Below are positions 38,116 through 48,300 of a stretch of DNA of 64,000 bases, piece by piece. The stretch comes from a virus. How positions within the stretch are numbered: position 1 is the stretch's first letter; each line of letters opens with the position of its first letter. Under the pieces are notes generated by a model. The model saw only the letters and a program-made list of their open reading frames with translations, was not told the DNA's origin and did not search any database. The position numbers were made by a program, and so were the translations under genes. The stretch is taken from positions 1 to 64,000 of the IMG/VR virus record IMGVR_UViG_3300037069_000805; one strand, written 5' to 3'.

Positions 38116-38801
38116 TGAAAAGAATCTGGCATATTAGTGATACTCACACTTATCATGATTTACTATTAGTTCCAGATAATATAGATATTGTAATATTTAG
38201 TGGTGATTGTAGTAACCCTAGAGATAAATTATTAAGCTCTTATGAAATTAAAACATTTATATCTTGGTTTAAAGAATTACCTATTAAACATAAAATATTT
38301 GTAGCAGGTAATCATGATATAGGTATTGAAAAAGGATTAGTTCAAAGAATTGATTTCTCTGGATATAATATTTATTATTTAGAAAATGATTATATAAATA
38401 TTGAAGGAATAAAAATATTTGGTAGTCCTTTAACACCTAGTTTTGGTTCTGGTTGGGCTTTTAATAAAGATAGAAGTAAAATCAATAAATACTGGTCTGA
38501 AATTGATGAAGATACAGATATTGTAGTTGTTCATGGACCTCCTAAGGGAATATTAGATTTATCTTACAGTAGAGATGGTATTTTAGAATATTGTGGCTGT
38601 AATAGCCTTAAAAAGCATATTTTAAATAGAATAAAACCAAAGTTTTGTTTATTTGGGCATATACATAATTGTGAAGATATTATTAATGCTGGAGTAACCA
38701 AATTATCTAATTATAATACTATCTTTAGTAATGGTTCAGTAGTAACTGATCGTAAGTTTGGAATATTAACTTCAAATGGTAATATATTAGAATATATATA
38801 A
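38109..38801 (+). CDS. calcineurin-like metallophosphoesterase
   Basis: ISDTH, SGD, AGNHD, VHGPP and FGHIH motifs. Confidence 0.92.
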   Translation: MVMKRIWHISDTHTYHDLLLVPDNIDIVIFSGDCSNPRDKLLSSYEIKTFISWFKELPIKHKIFVAGNHDIGIEKGLVQRIDFSGYNIYYLENDYINIEGIKIFGSPLTPSFGSGWAFNKDRSKINKYWSEIDEDTDIVVVHGPPKGILDLSYSRDGILEYCGCNSLKKHILNRIKPKFCLFGHIHNCEDIINAGVTKLSNYNTIFSNGSVVTDRKFGILTSNGNILEYI

Positions 38802-38971
38802 ATTAAAAAAATATGAATAAAATAACAGCTGATTATGATTATGTATCAGGTCATTTAAGATACGGACATCTTGAATTAGAATTAAACGATGAAGGTGAAT
38901 TAATTATAGATGATTTTGAAGTAAATGATCGTGGAGATCTTGGTAAAATAGAATATTAAAAAATTAAGTAT

Positions 38972-39010
38972 AAAAAAAGGGGCAACTACATTTGTAGCAC
39001 CCCTTTTTAT
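38972..39010. terminator. bidirectional intrinsic terminator between the convergent arms
   Basis: A7-GGGG...CTACA-TT-TGTAG...CCCC-T5 located exactly at the strand switch. Confidence 0.8.
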
Positions 39011-39012
39011 TT

Positions 39013-39546
39013 TTAATATATTTTACAACCTTTGCTAAAATTATCTATTGCCCATAATGGTTGTAGATTAGTATAGTTTGATAAAATATATAATTCATCA
39101 ATATTATTGGCTGATGATAATGGTATTATATGATCAATATGCCATTCTCCATAATTATTCCAGTTCATATTTTTAGTAAATTTATTTTCTAAATGAATTT
39201 TTAGTTCACTAAAAGAACAACCTAATAATAAATGTTTTGAATTATCTTTTTTCCATTTTTTTCTTTTAATAGCATTAGAAGTGCGAGAATGTATATTAGA
39301 TTTTAATCTAAAAAGAATATCCTCATTTCTTTGTTTTTTTCTTTTATTTTTTAAAATTTTTTGAAAATATTCTTTACTATAATTAATGTTATATTCTTTA
39401 AAATAGGATATGTTTTTCAATCTATATTCTTTATTATAATTATTTTTACAAAGTTTACATTCACTAGAATAACCATCACTTTTATTTTTATTTTTATGAA
39501 AATCAAATAATTCTTTATTATTTTTACAATTAGTACATTTTTTCAT
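39013..39546 (-). CDS. free-standing HNH-type endonuclease
   Basis: CTNC...CKLC N-terminus; LGCS...HLE..F...MNW.NYGEWHIDHIIP...YTNLQPLWA.DN..K. Confidence 0.85.
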   Translation of the reverse strand: MKKCTNCKNNKELFDFHKNKNKSDGYSSECKLCKNNYNKEYRLKNISYFKEYNINYSKEYFQKILKNKRKKQRNEDILFRLKSNIHSRTSNAIKRKKWKKDNSKHLLLGCSFSELKIHLENKFTKNMNWNNYGEWHIDHIIPLSSANNIDELYILSNYTNLQPLWAIDNFSKGCKIY

Positions 39547-39566
39547 AATTATTTTTTTTAGACTTT

Positions 39567-42500
39567 CTAATACATTCCAAACATGGATTTTTGATAGTTA
39601 TATAAATCTTCACTATCTTTATTCCAGTTATTAAGAACAGGTATTAATTTTTCCCATGATCTTATAACTTTTAATTTACCTTTATTAGGACCAGATTTAT
39701 ATTCTTCTTCCCAATCAAATACATTAATAGTTTTACCAATAGCATCTAATGAATTTTCTAATATTCTCATTGAAGGAATTGGTGATCTAAGTAATTTAAT
39801 ATTAGCAGATGGATTTCTATATTGAGCTAATTCTGATTCCATTCTATTTACTTGGTATAACCAGAAATAAAGTACTTTATCATCATCTCCATCTCCTGCA
39901 CCACCTAACATAGAACCTAATAACATAGCTGTAAGTGGTAATATAACAGCTGTAGCAACTAATTCACCAACAGCATATCTAATATTACCTCTTTCTAAAT
40001 CAGATAACTTATTCCACTCTTTACTAATTATATCAAATTTCATTTGTTTTAAAGCAGGTATTACTCCATGAGCTAAGTATCTCATTGCTGAAGTATATAC
40101 ACCTTCTTCATAATTTTGTAAAGCATAAGAATATTGTTTAAATTTCTCAGGATCTGCGTCAATTTCTTCTTTAGATTTTAATGAATTAGTAAAACCCATA
40201 TATCTCTTAGTTCCCATTTCAACAAAGAATCTTCTAAACATCATAAATAATTTACCCCACCAATGTCTTAATGCTTCTGGTTGAGTATTTGGATCATAAT
40301 TACCAAAACAATCCATTATTTTCTTTTTAATTAACAGATTAATTTTTGCCTTACCACCTTCATTAACTTTAGAAGTTAGTGATTGTGTAGTATAAATAAC
40401 TTTATCGTTAATTTTAAGAATACCATCTTCTTTATCAATGTATAACATGTCTAATAAAGATGCAGATTTAGATTTATCTACAACATTACCATTCTTATCA
40501 ATATAATTATTATCAGCATCCATTACTTTAATACTGTCTAATACAGAAGCAGTAAGTACAGATTGTACCCAGTGTTCACCACCAGAATGCATAAATTGTA
40601 ATGATTCAGCATTTACATAAGATTTTAAAACACCTTTTTTAATAAAAGCTTCCATACTATTTCTATCAAATCCAAATGTATCAAACATTCTATTCATTTG
40701 ATTTATAAATGATTTTTCAACAGGTTGACCTAAATCTTTCATAGTATTTGCAAATTCTTTAAAATATAAAGCTTCTGCTTTAGCAAGATTTGTTTTATTA
40801 ATTACATTCTTACTTAACCCTTCTAAAAACATCATTGCTTTAGCATTTAATATATTCTGAGTAGCTGCAAACTTATTTAAACTTAATCCAATAGTAGCAA
40901 GTGAACCATTCATAAATCCAATAGCTTTATTAACGTCTACAGGACCTAATTTACCAGCATAATGATGTCCAATATCATAAATGTTTTTTTCCATTAGAGA
41001 TTGTAATCTTTTATAAGTATTACTATTCTCACCAGTATCTAACATTTGTGGATTGTTTTTATTAAATATAGATTTAAGAACTTCTTTACCACTTTGAGTT
41101 TTATAATATTTTTTAGATTTAGCAATATCTGTAATAGTATTTAATTCTCTTTCTCTTTTAGACTTTTCTTTATAATTAATACCATTTAGATATTGTAGTC
41201 TAAATACTGTCATTAAATCTAATGATTGATCTTTAGGATCTATTTGACCACTATATCTAACAGGAATATTATAAAGAATATTATTATCATTATCAGTCCT
41301 ATAATTAAAATCTATATCATCAGCTTTAATTGTAGTTAAATCTGTCCATTTATCTTTTATAATACCTTTAATATCACCACCTAATACTCTTTCTAAGTCA
41401 GATTTAGTAATAGAAGGTAATTCATAATAATAAGCATTATTCTTTTTATTACCTACAAATTTCTTTTTAGATTGTTTACCAAATGTTACATCTGTAACTA
41501 AATCTTGAATTTCTGTAAAAGTTTTTAATACATCTTTTTCAATATCAGATAAATTAACTTTATTTTCATATTTATCTATATTTTTTAAAAGTGTATATTT
41601 TTCTTTAGCTTTAGTTCCAAATTCTATAGAATTAGTTGTATGAGTTTTTAATATTTCATCTATTTCAGAATCAATTTTATTTAATTTATCTTTAAATTCT
41701 AAATTATGTGTACCAAGTAAATAATAATTACCAGCTTTATCTTGTTGAATAATATTTTTATAAAGTTTAGTTACATCTTCTGTACCTTTCTCTTTAACTA
41801 ATTTATCAAACAAACCACTTAATTCAAATTCTTTTTGTCTAACTTGATCATTAATAGCCTCCTTAACCTCATTTAATATCTGATTAAATATTTGTATTAG
41901 ATGAGAATTAGTATTAATAGAATCATTAAAGAATTTAGTGCCAGATGATATATCATATGCAGGACTATCTATTAAATTATTTACATAAGATTCAGCATCA
42001 TTTTGAATATCTTCTTTATATGTAGTATTCATTTGTCTAGCAATCCATACATCTTCAGATTCAGTTCTAGGAATAACTTTATAATCAATTTTTAACTGAT
42101 CTTTCCATTTAGTTTCTAATTCTGGTAAATATTGAATATTAGATATTGTTAATTTTAAAGCTTTTTTAAGATAAGAATTATATTCAGTTTTTAAACTATC
42201 ATATGTTCCTATAATATGTTTTAATGCATCATCCATTTCATTAATATCATCATTAGATAAACCAAATTTATTTTCTACTTTAATATCAGCTAATAAATCT
42301 TGAATATCTTTAGCAATAGTAAATGAATCTAAATATTTACTATAATGACCAATAGTTTTTAATATTTCTTCTTCAGTAAAAGATTTTCTATCAAAACTTC
42401 TTTCTAGTGAATTAATATCTTCAAATAATGATTTAGTATAAAATGATACAGCTTCTAATTGTTTAGCAGCATCAAAGTTTTCTAAAGCTTTTAATGTTTC

Positions 42501-44636
42501 TTTAAATTTATCTGAAAATTTTATAAATTTATCTTGTTGTTCACCTTTAGTAGTTCTATTACCAATTGCATTATAAAAGTTAATATTTTGATCTAATATA
42601 TCTTTAGCTTTATTAATTACATGAGTAATCTTCTTATCAATAGTATTTAAGTCATAATAACCTTCTTTCTTGTCTTTTAAGACAGTTTTAAACATTGCTG
42701 GACTATATATATCACCTTCAAAAGAAAAGCCTTTAAAATCACTATTATCATTATTCTCAACAAAGTCATTTACTTTATTAATTAATAATGCAGCATCTAT
42801 AAGTTCATTATTAGATAATGTTCTAGGTAATCCAAATAATCTTCTAATAATATCTTTTAATTCATTCCAGAAAGATTTATTTTGTCTTAATTCAGCTTGA
42901 AATTCTGGATTACTAAATATCTCAGCTACAAATTCATCAGTATTAGTAAAACCATACTTAGAATTTATATCACCTCTTTCATTTGCTACAAACTTATGTT
43001 GTTCAAATGCTTTTTCAATAAATTTTTTAAATTCTCTTTCTTCAAAAGTTTGAGGATTTTTTAATGCTTTATGAGTAATAGCGTGAACAACTTCATGTAT
43101 AAATGATTCAATAGTTTGTTCTTTAGATAAAGATTCTAACGACTCTTTAGCTATAATTATTTTATTAAGATTAGCATCGTAAGCCATAGCTACAGAACTA
43201 TCTACATAATCATATCTTTTAGACATGTTTTCTAAAGTATCTATTTCTACAGTAGCTTTAGTATTATTAATAATCTTTTGACCTTTTTCTAATAAAGTTA
43301 TAAAATTAGGTTGTAAATTCTCTTTATTTTGATTAATGATATTAGTTAAAACTTCTTCTACAGTATAACTATATTTTTCTTCAGAATTAAATAATAATTG
43401 TTTATTAGATTGAGTATTATCTGTTTTAATATTTGTAGTTGATGTATTTTCACCAGTAGTAAATATTTCTTCTTTTTTATTTTCATCTAATAATTTATTA
43501 AATAATATAGTAGAATTATCTCTTTCATTATCTAAAATAACTTCATTCCAAGTATTATCATATTCGTCAGTAATTTGATTAGAATTATAATAATTTTGTA
43601 AATTTTTTCTAATTTTATCTTGACTTAATTTTTTAAATGATTCCAAACTTTCAATTTGTTTTTCTAAATCATCAATTTTATCTGTAATGTTAAATAATTG
43701 ATTATCATAAATTTCTTTAGTTATTTCATATTCTAAAGGACCAACTCCTTCTGGAGTATTATTATCTATTTTAATATCTCCAATTTTAGAAGTAGTTTTA
43801 AAATTTAATAATTGTTTTCTTGCTAATATTAATTTTTTATTTAATTCTTCAATTTTATTTTCAAAATATTTATTTATATTTTCAAGTTCTCTTTTAGCTA
43901 TTTTGTCAGTAATTTTATTATTTAATTTTACAACTTTATTTGAAATTATAAGTTGGTATAAATCTTTAATTGTAGAATCTTCAGGTATTTTTATATTATC
44001 GTTAATTCCAAAAAATTCTTTAATAAAATCTAAAATTTTACTTAATATAGAACGTTTAACTTTTAAATCTTCATTTTTAAATTCTTTTTCAATTGCTCTT
44101 ACAATATATTCTTCTTGTTGCCAAGATTTTGGCATATCGGAATATGTTTTATTATTTAAAAATGAAGATATTTCTGGATATAATCTTTTAGAATCATTAT
44201 AAATTTTATTAAATAATTCAGGATTTGAAGAATTTAAATAAGTTACAAAAGGATGTGATATTTCATGTAAAAATGTACTAGCATTTACTTTGTTTTTATT
44301 TAAATTTACAGTATTTGTATTTTTATCATATTCACCATATGTTATAAAACCATCTTCTTTATCTTTAAATTCAACAAGGTTTAAATTTACTTTTTTATCT
44401 TTTGCAAAATAATTTAAACTTTTAATTATTTTTTCATCATTATCTTCATTAATTAAATTTAAATTATTTTGATAATTTATTTCATTAGATTGTTGTAATT
44501 CATCAATAGTAGGAAAACTATCTACACCATTTTTATCCTGAAAGATAGAAATTTTAGCTTTCAGGATAATTGGATTTAAATCTGTTTGTTCTAATAGCTC
44601 TTTGTATTGAGCATCATTTATATTTATACAATTCAT
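39567..44636 (-). CDS. large virion/ejected protein of the vRNAP block with two zincin-like HExxH domains
   Basis: FLHEISH...EE and FIHEVVH...DEFVAE motifs; 1689 aa, downstream of the RNAP gene. Confidence 0.75.
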   Translation of the reverse strand: MNCININDAQYKELLEQTDLNPIILKAKISIFQDKNGVDSFPTIDELQQSNEINYQNNLNLINEDNDEKIIKSLNYFAKDKKVNLNLVEFKDKEDGFITYGEYDKNTNTVNLNKNKVNASTFLHEISHPFVTYLNSSNPELFNKIYNDSKRLYPEISSFLNNKTYSDMPKSWQQEEYIVRAIEKEFKNEDLKVKRSILSKILDFIKEFFGINDNIKIPEDSTIKDLYQLIISNKVVKLNNKITDKIAKRELENINKYFENKIEELNKKLILARKQLLNFKTTSKIGDIKIDNNTPEGVGPLEYEITKEIYDNQLFNITDKIDDLEKQIESLESFKKLSQDKIRKNLQNYYNSNQITDEYDNTWNEVILDNERDNSTILFNKLLDENKKEEIFTTGENTSTTNIKTDNTQSNKQLLFNSEEKYSYTVEEVLTNIINQNKENLQPNFITLLEKGQKIINNTKATVEIDTLENMSKRYDYVDSSVAMAYDANLNKIIIAKESLESLSKEQTIESFIHEVVHAITHKALKNPQTFEEREFKKFIEKAFEQHKFVANERGDINSKYGFTNTDEFVAEIFSNPEFQAELRQNKSFWNELKDIIRRLFGLPRTLSNNELIDAALLINKVNDFVENNDNSDFKGFSFEGDIYSPAMFKTVLKDKKEGYYDLNTIDKKITHVINKAKDILDQNINFYNAIGNRTTKGEQQDKFIKFSDKFKETLKALENFDAAKQLEAVSFYTKSLFEDINSLERSFDRKSFTEEEILKTIGHYSKYLDSFTIAKDIQDLLADIKVENKFGLSNDDINEMDDALKHIIGTYDSLKTEYNSYLKKALKLTISNIQYLPELETKWKDQLKIDYKVIPRTESEDVWIARQMNTTYKEDIQNDAESYVNNLIDSPAYDISSGTKFFNDSINTNSHLIQIFNQILNEVKEAINDQVRQKEFELSGLFDKLVKEKGTEDVTKLYKNIIQQDKAGNYYLLGTHNLEFKDKLNKIDSEIDEILKTHTTNSIEFGTKAKEKYTLLKNIDKYENKVNLSDIEKDVLKTFTEIQDLVTDVTFGKQSKKKFVGNKKNNAYYYELPSITKSDLERVLGGDIKGIIKDKWTDLTTIKADDIDFNYRTDNDNNILYNIPVRYSGQIDPKDQSLDLMTVFRLQYLNGINYKEKSKRERELNTITDIAKSKKYYKTQSGKEVLKSIFNKNNPQMLDTGENSNTYKRLQSLMEKNIYDIGHHYAGKLGPVDVNKAIGFMNGSLATIGLSLNKFAATQNILNAKAMMFLEGLSKNVINKTNLAKAEALYFKEFANTMKDLGQPVEKSFINQMNRMFDTFGFDRNSMEAFIKKGVLKSYVNAESLQFMHSGGEHWVQSVLTASVLDSIKVMDADNNYIDKNGNVVDKSKSASLLDMLYIDKEDGILKINDKVIYTTQSLTSKVNEGGKAKINLLIKKKIMDCFGNYDPNTQPEALRHWWGKLFMMFRRFFVEMGTKRYMGFTNSLKSKEEIDADPEKFKQYSYALQNYEEGVYTSAMRYLAHGVIPALKQMKFDIISKEWNKLSDLERGNIRYAVGELVATAVILPLTAMLLGSMLGGAGDGDDDKVLYFWLYQVNRMESELAQYRNPSANIKLLRSPIPSMRILENSLDAIGKTINVFDWEEEYKSGPNKGKLKVIRSWEKLIPVLNNWNKDSEDLYNYQKSMFGMY

Positions 44637-45349
44637 ATTTTTTCTATTTTAAAACACTCTGTTGAACTACCTAAAAATTTGTTATTAGGAATGTAGTGAA
44701 AATTTTTTAGATATTTTATTAATAATTTTTCAGAAGTCCAAATATTTTCTGGAGTATCTTCTATTTGAGATAACATTTCTAACTTATAACCTGTTTTAGA
44801 AAAACCACTATATCTTCTATTTATATTTTTATGTTTAGTTATACCTATTTTAAAAAAAGACTCATTTTCATTGTATATATTTAATAAATATAAATAAGCT
44901 TTATTATTAATACATATAGCTTTCCAGTTTTTAAATTTGAAATTATTATAATCTCTTGGATAACATTCTGGACATCCTTTACCTCTTAGAACATTTCTAG
45001 CTATCGTTTTAAAATGTCCATGATGATTACAAGTTAAAATAACTTCATTCAGAATTCCTCTAAATTCAAGTTTATCAAATGAATATAAATCATTGTAAGC
45101 TTCTTTAACATCAAATATATATTTTTCTCTTCCTATTTTTAATTTAGTCTTTGATTTATTAATATCTCCACATTTTTTACAATTTCTAGAATGTGTTAAA
45201 AAATTATTAACAATAATTTCAAAATCACCATGTTTTTTACATGTAATTGTTACTTTATCATTATAAGATATAAAGATACTTTTTGAATAATCATATTTAT
45301 TTCCATGAGTGTCCTTACATCTTTTAATAAATTCTTCTTGTGTTATCAT
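44633..45349 (-). CDS. free-standing endonuclease (Cys/His repeats plus GIY-YIG-like C-terminus)
   Basis: HG.KYDY...ITC..HG.F...C..C repeats; LYLL...FFKIGIT...R...E motifs; likely start 45349 (track 45430). Confidence 0.75.
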   Translation of the reverse strand: MITQEEFIKRCKDTHGNKYDYSKSIFISYNDKVTITCKKHGDFEIIVNNFLTHSRNCKKCGDINKSKTKLKIGREKYIFDVKEAYNDLYSFDKLEFRGILNEVILTCNHHGHFKTIARNVLRGKGCPECYPRDYNNFKFKNWKAICINNKAYLYLLNIYNENESFFKIGITKHKNINRRYSGFSKTGYKLEMLSQIEDTPENIWTSEKLLIKYLKNFHYIPNNKFLGSSTECFKIEKI

Positions 45350-45350
45350 A

Positions 45351-48300
45351 TTAACAAGATTTTTTCTGCCATAATATTGTAGCTTTTTCTTCTTCAGATA
45401 GATTATTATATTCTTGTTCAGATAATTCATTAAAAGTATTATCTTTAGGTTCTATTGAAGTTTTTTCATTACTAGGTAATATACTTCTTTCTGTTTCATT
45501 CATATCTATATCATAAGCTACTTCAGGTAGCAATGTTTCATTATAATATTTTAACAATCCTTCTTTATTAGCAATATCATTTTGAGCTAATAATGATCTA
45601 TTGTTTTCATCAAATGAATATTCAAAATATTTATTACCTTGTTTATCTTTAAAACCTTTAGTATAAGTTCTTACATAAATTGGATCATGATGTTGGTCAT
45701 ATCCTATAAGTTTAAATAAATTATCATTCTGTTTAATATATCTTCTAACCTTATTAACAAGTTGAGAATCTAATACAAATCCAAAATCTTTACTACCTCT
45801 TAATATTTGATTAGTAAATACGTTAGGAACATATAAAGAATTATCATAATTATTCTGATAAAGCTGTTCTATAAAATTAGTATCAATATGTTTAAGTTCT
45901 CTTGAATTTAAATAACCATTAATATCTTTTTCAATAAAGAATTCATTAGGTATTAATGTAAAAAATTGTCCTTTATTCATATTAAATCCTGATGTAATAT
46001 AAGAATATTTAACTAAGTTTTCAGCCATTTCTTTATCATTATTTAACATATCTAACCAAGACTTAGTAAGTTCTTGTTGAATATCAGCACTTTTTCTTCT
46101 ATTACTTAATGTAATAAATAATTTATCATCTTTATTTTTAGATAAATCTAATTCTTTAAGAATAGCATATCTATTAGACTTACTATCTTTAAAAGCACTA
46201 AATTCTTTAACAAAATCATTAGATGTTAAATGTGTATATTCTGGAGAAGATGTTTTAATACCTTCAAATCCAGATAGTACATATGATAAGTATTTCTGTT
46301 CTAAGTCTTTACCAAAATCTTCATCCATTAACTTAGTACCTTTAACATCATTACTAATGATATCAAAGTTATTTATAATACTAGATTGAGTCATAAAGAA
46401 TAATTTAGGATTTTTAACAACCATATTTATCATATCAAATATAGAATTATTTGTATAATGACCCAATAAAGTAGGTTTACCATTTCTTTCTAACTTGGTT
46501 TCAAATCCTAATAATTGACCTTTATCTTTATTATTTAATAAATCATTAATAATATTATTTCTAGCAACTAATGAAGTTACTGTTGAACCTATACCAGATA
46601 CATCTTGTGTAGAACCATCAATATTTTTCTTCATTTTTTTAGCATCTTCTTTTAATTTAAAGAATGTAGATAATACTTTCATCTGAAATTCAGGAGTATC
46701 ATTTAATAATAATGAATTAAACTCTGGAAAATAGCTCGGTTCTATCTGTTGTGATTTAACAAATGAAGCCTGTCTAGTACTAACTATATTAATAAATCTA
46801 TCAAAACTTTCTTTATATTGTATAAGTTGTTCTTTAGTAAATAAGGCTTTTTTAGTTCTTTCACCATCTTCAGTTACAAACTTTTTAGCTGATTGTAACT
46901 TAGTATTAATTTCATTATATGTTAATTTCTTATAATCAGTTTCAAAACTATTTTTAAATACTAATTTATGTAAATCTGCAACAGATATATTTCTATCACC
47001 AAATGGTAATTGTAATTGGAAATCTTTAGAATTTCTTAATACATCTAGTTTAAATTTATTTTCAATGTTACCAGTATCATTATTAATTTTAGATTCTTTA
47101 TTGTTTTGAAATTGTATAAAACTTTTAAGAATTGGTTGTTTTAAGAAAGCATTTACTTGAAATGGATGTGCTCCAGCTCTTAATAACATATTACCAACAT
47201 TTGTAGTAGCTGTATTCCAGTTACCTCTAGTAATATAAGGATCTTTAGCTATATCTACAAAAGCATTAAGAATAGCTGATAATGAATTAGCTATCTTGAT
47301 TTTTTTTAGACTTTCTAAATCAGAAGCACTTATTTTAGAATCAGATAATTCATTATATTTTTTAGAATATAATTTTAAATCTTCATCTGATAATTCTTCT
47401 GAAAACTCTTCATCAAATTTAGTTTCACCTAATTCATTTTTAAAACCAACACCTAAATAATAACCATTAAATCTAAGATTAGCCATAGTACCTCTAACAT
47501 GATCTACTAATGAATTAGCTTCCATTCCAACTCCAGCTTTACCAGCTTTATATTGAGCTTTAATATATATATCTTTAAGTCCATCAAAATGATATGTATC
47601 ACTAGTTTCATCTTCTTTATTAAAAGCTAAAATATCATTTTTAATAAAGTCAAAATCAATAGGTGTCATTAAATCATTTAATACATCTGGACTAGTAAAT
47701 ACAGCTTTATAAGCTTCAATAAGATCATTTTCTAATGAATCTTTATATACTAACTTACCATCTACCTTATTAAATGAAGGTATCATCATATACATTTTAT
47801 CAATATCGTAGTCACTACCAGTCTTAGTAGTAATACCTGTATAAGCAACAATAGTATCACCCATTCCTTCTGGTAATATACCAGCTATTTGAAATGCATC
47901 ATTTGAAGAAATTCCTTGATTAGGTATTCTATATCCAATAATATTATTTAGTATCTTATAATCAATTAAACCACCTTCATATTCATTAGTTTCAGGATTT
48001 AATGTACCAAATAATATTTCTGGTTTATTAGTATAATCTCTATAATTAGGAATATGTTGTGCTATTAATGAACCTGGTATTAATATACCTGCTGGTCTAA
48101 TCAATGGTTTACCATTAGGACCTTTTAATATATTACCAATACCATCTTTTTGTACTGTATAAGGTTGTACTTTATTTTCTGACCAAGGTGTCCATAAAAC
48201 TCCTTTTTCATTTGCTTCAGTTTTATTTAAACCAAAATCAGACATTTGAATAAAAGAACCACCATTAGTTTTAATCTTAACAACTCTATCTAATACAATA

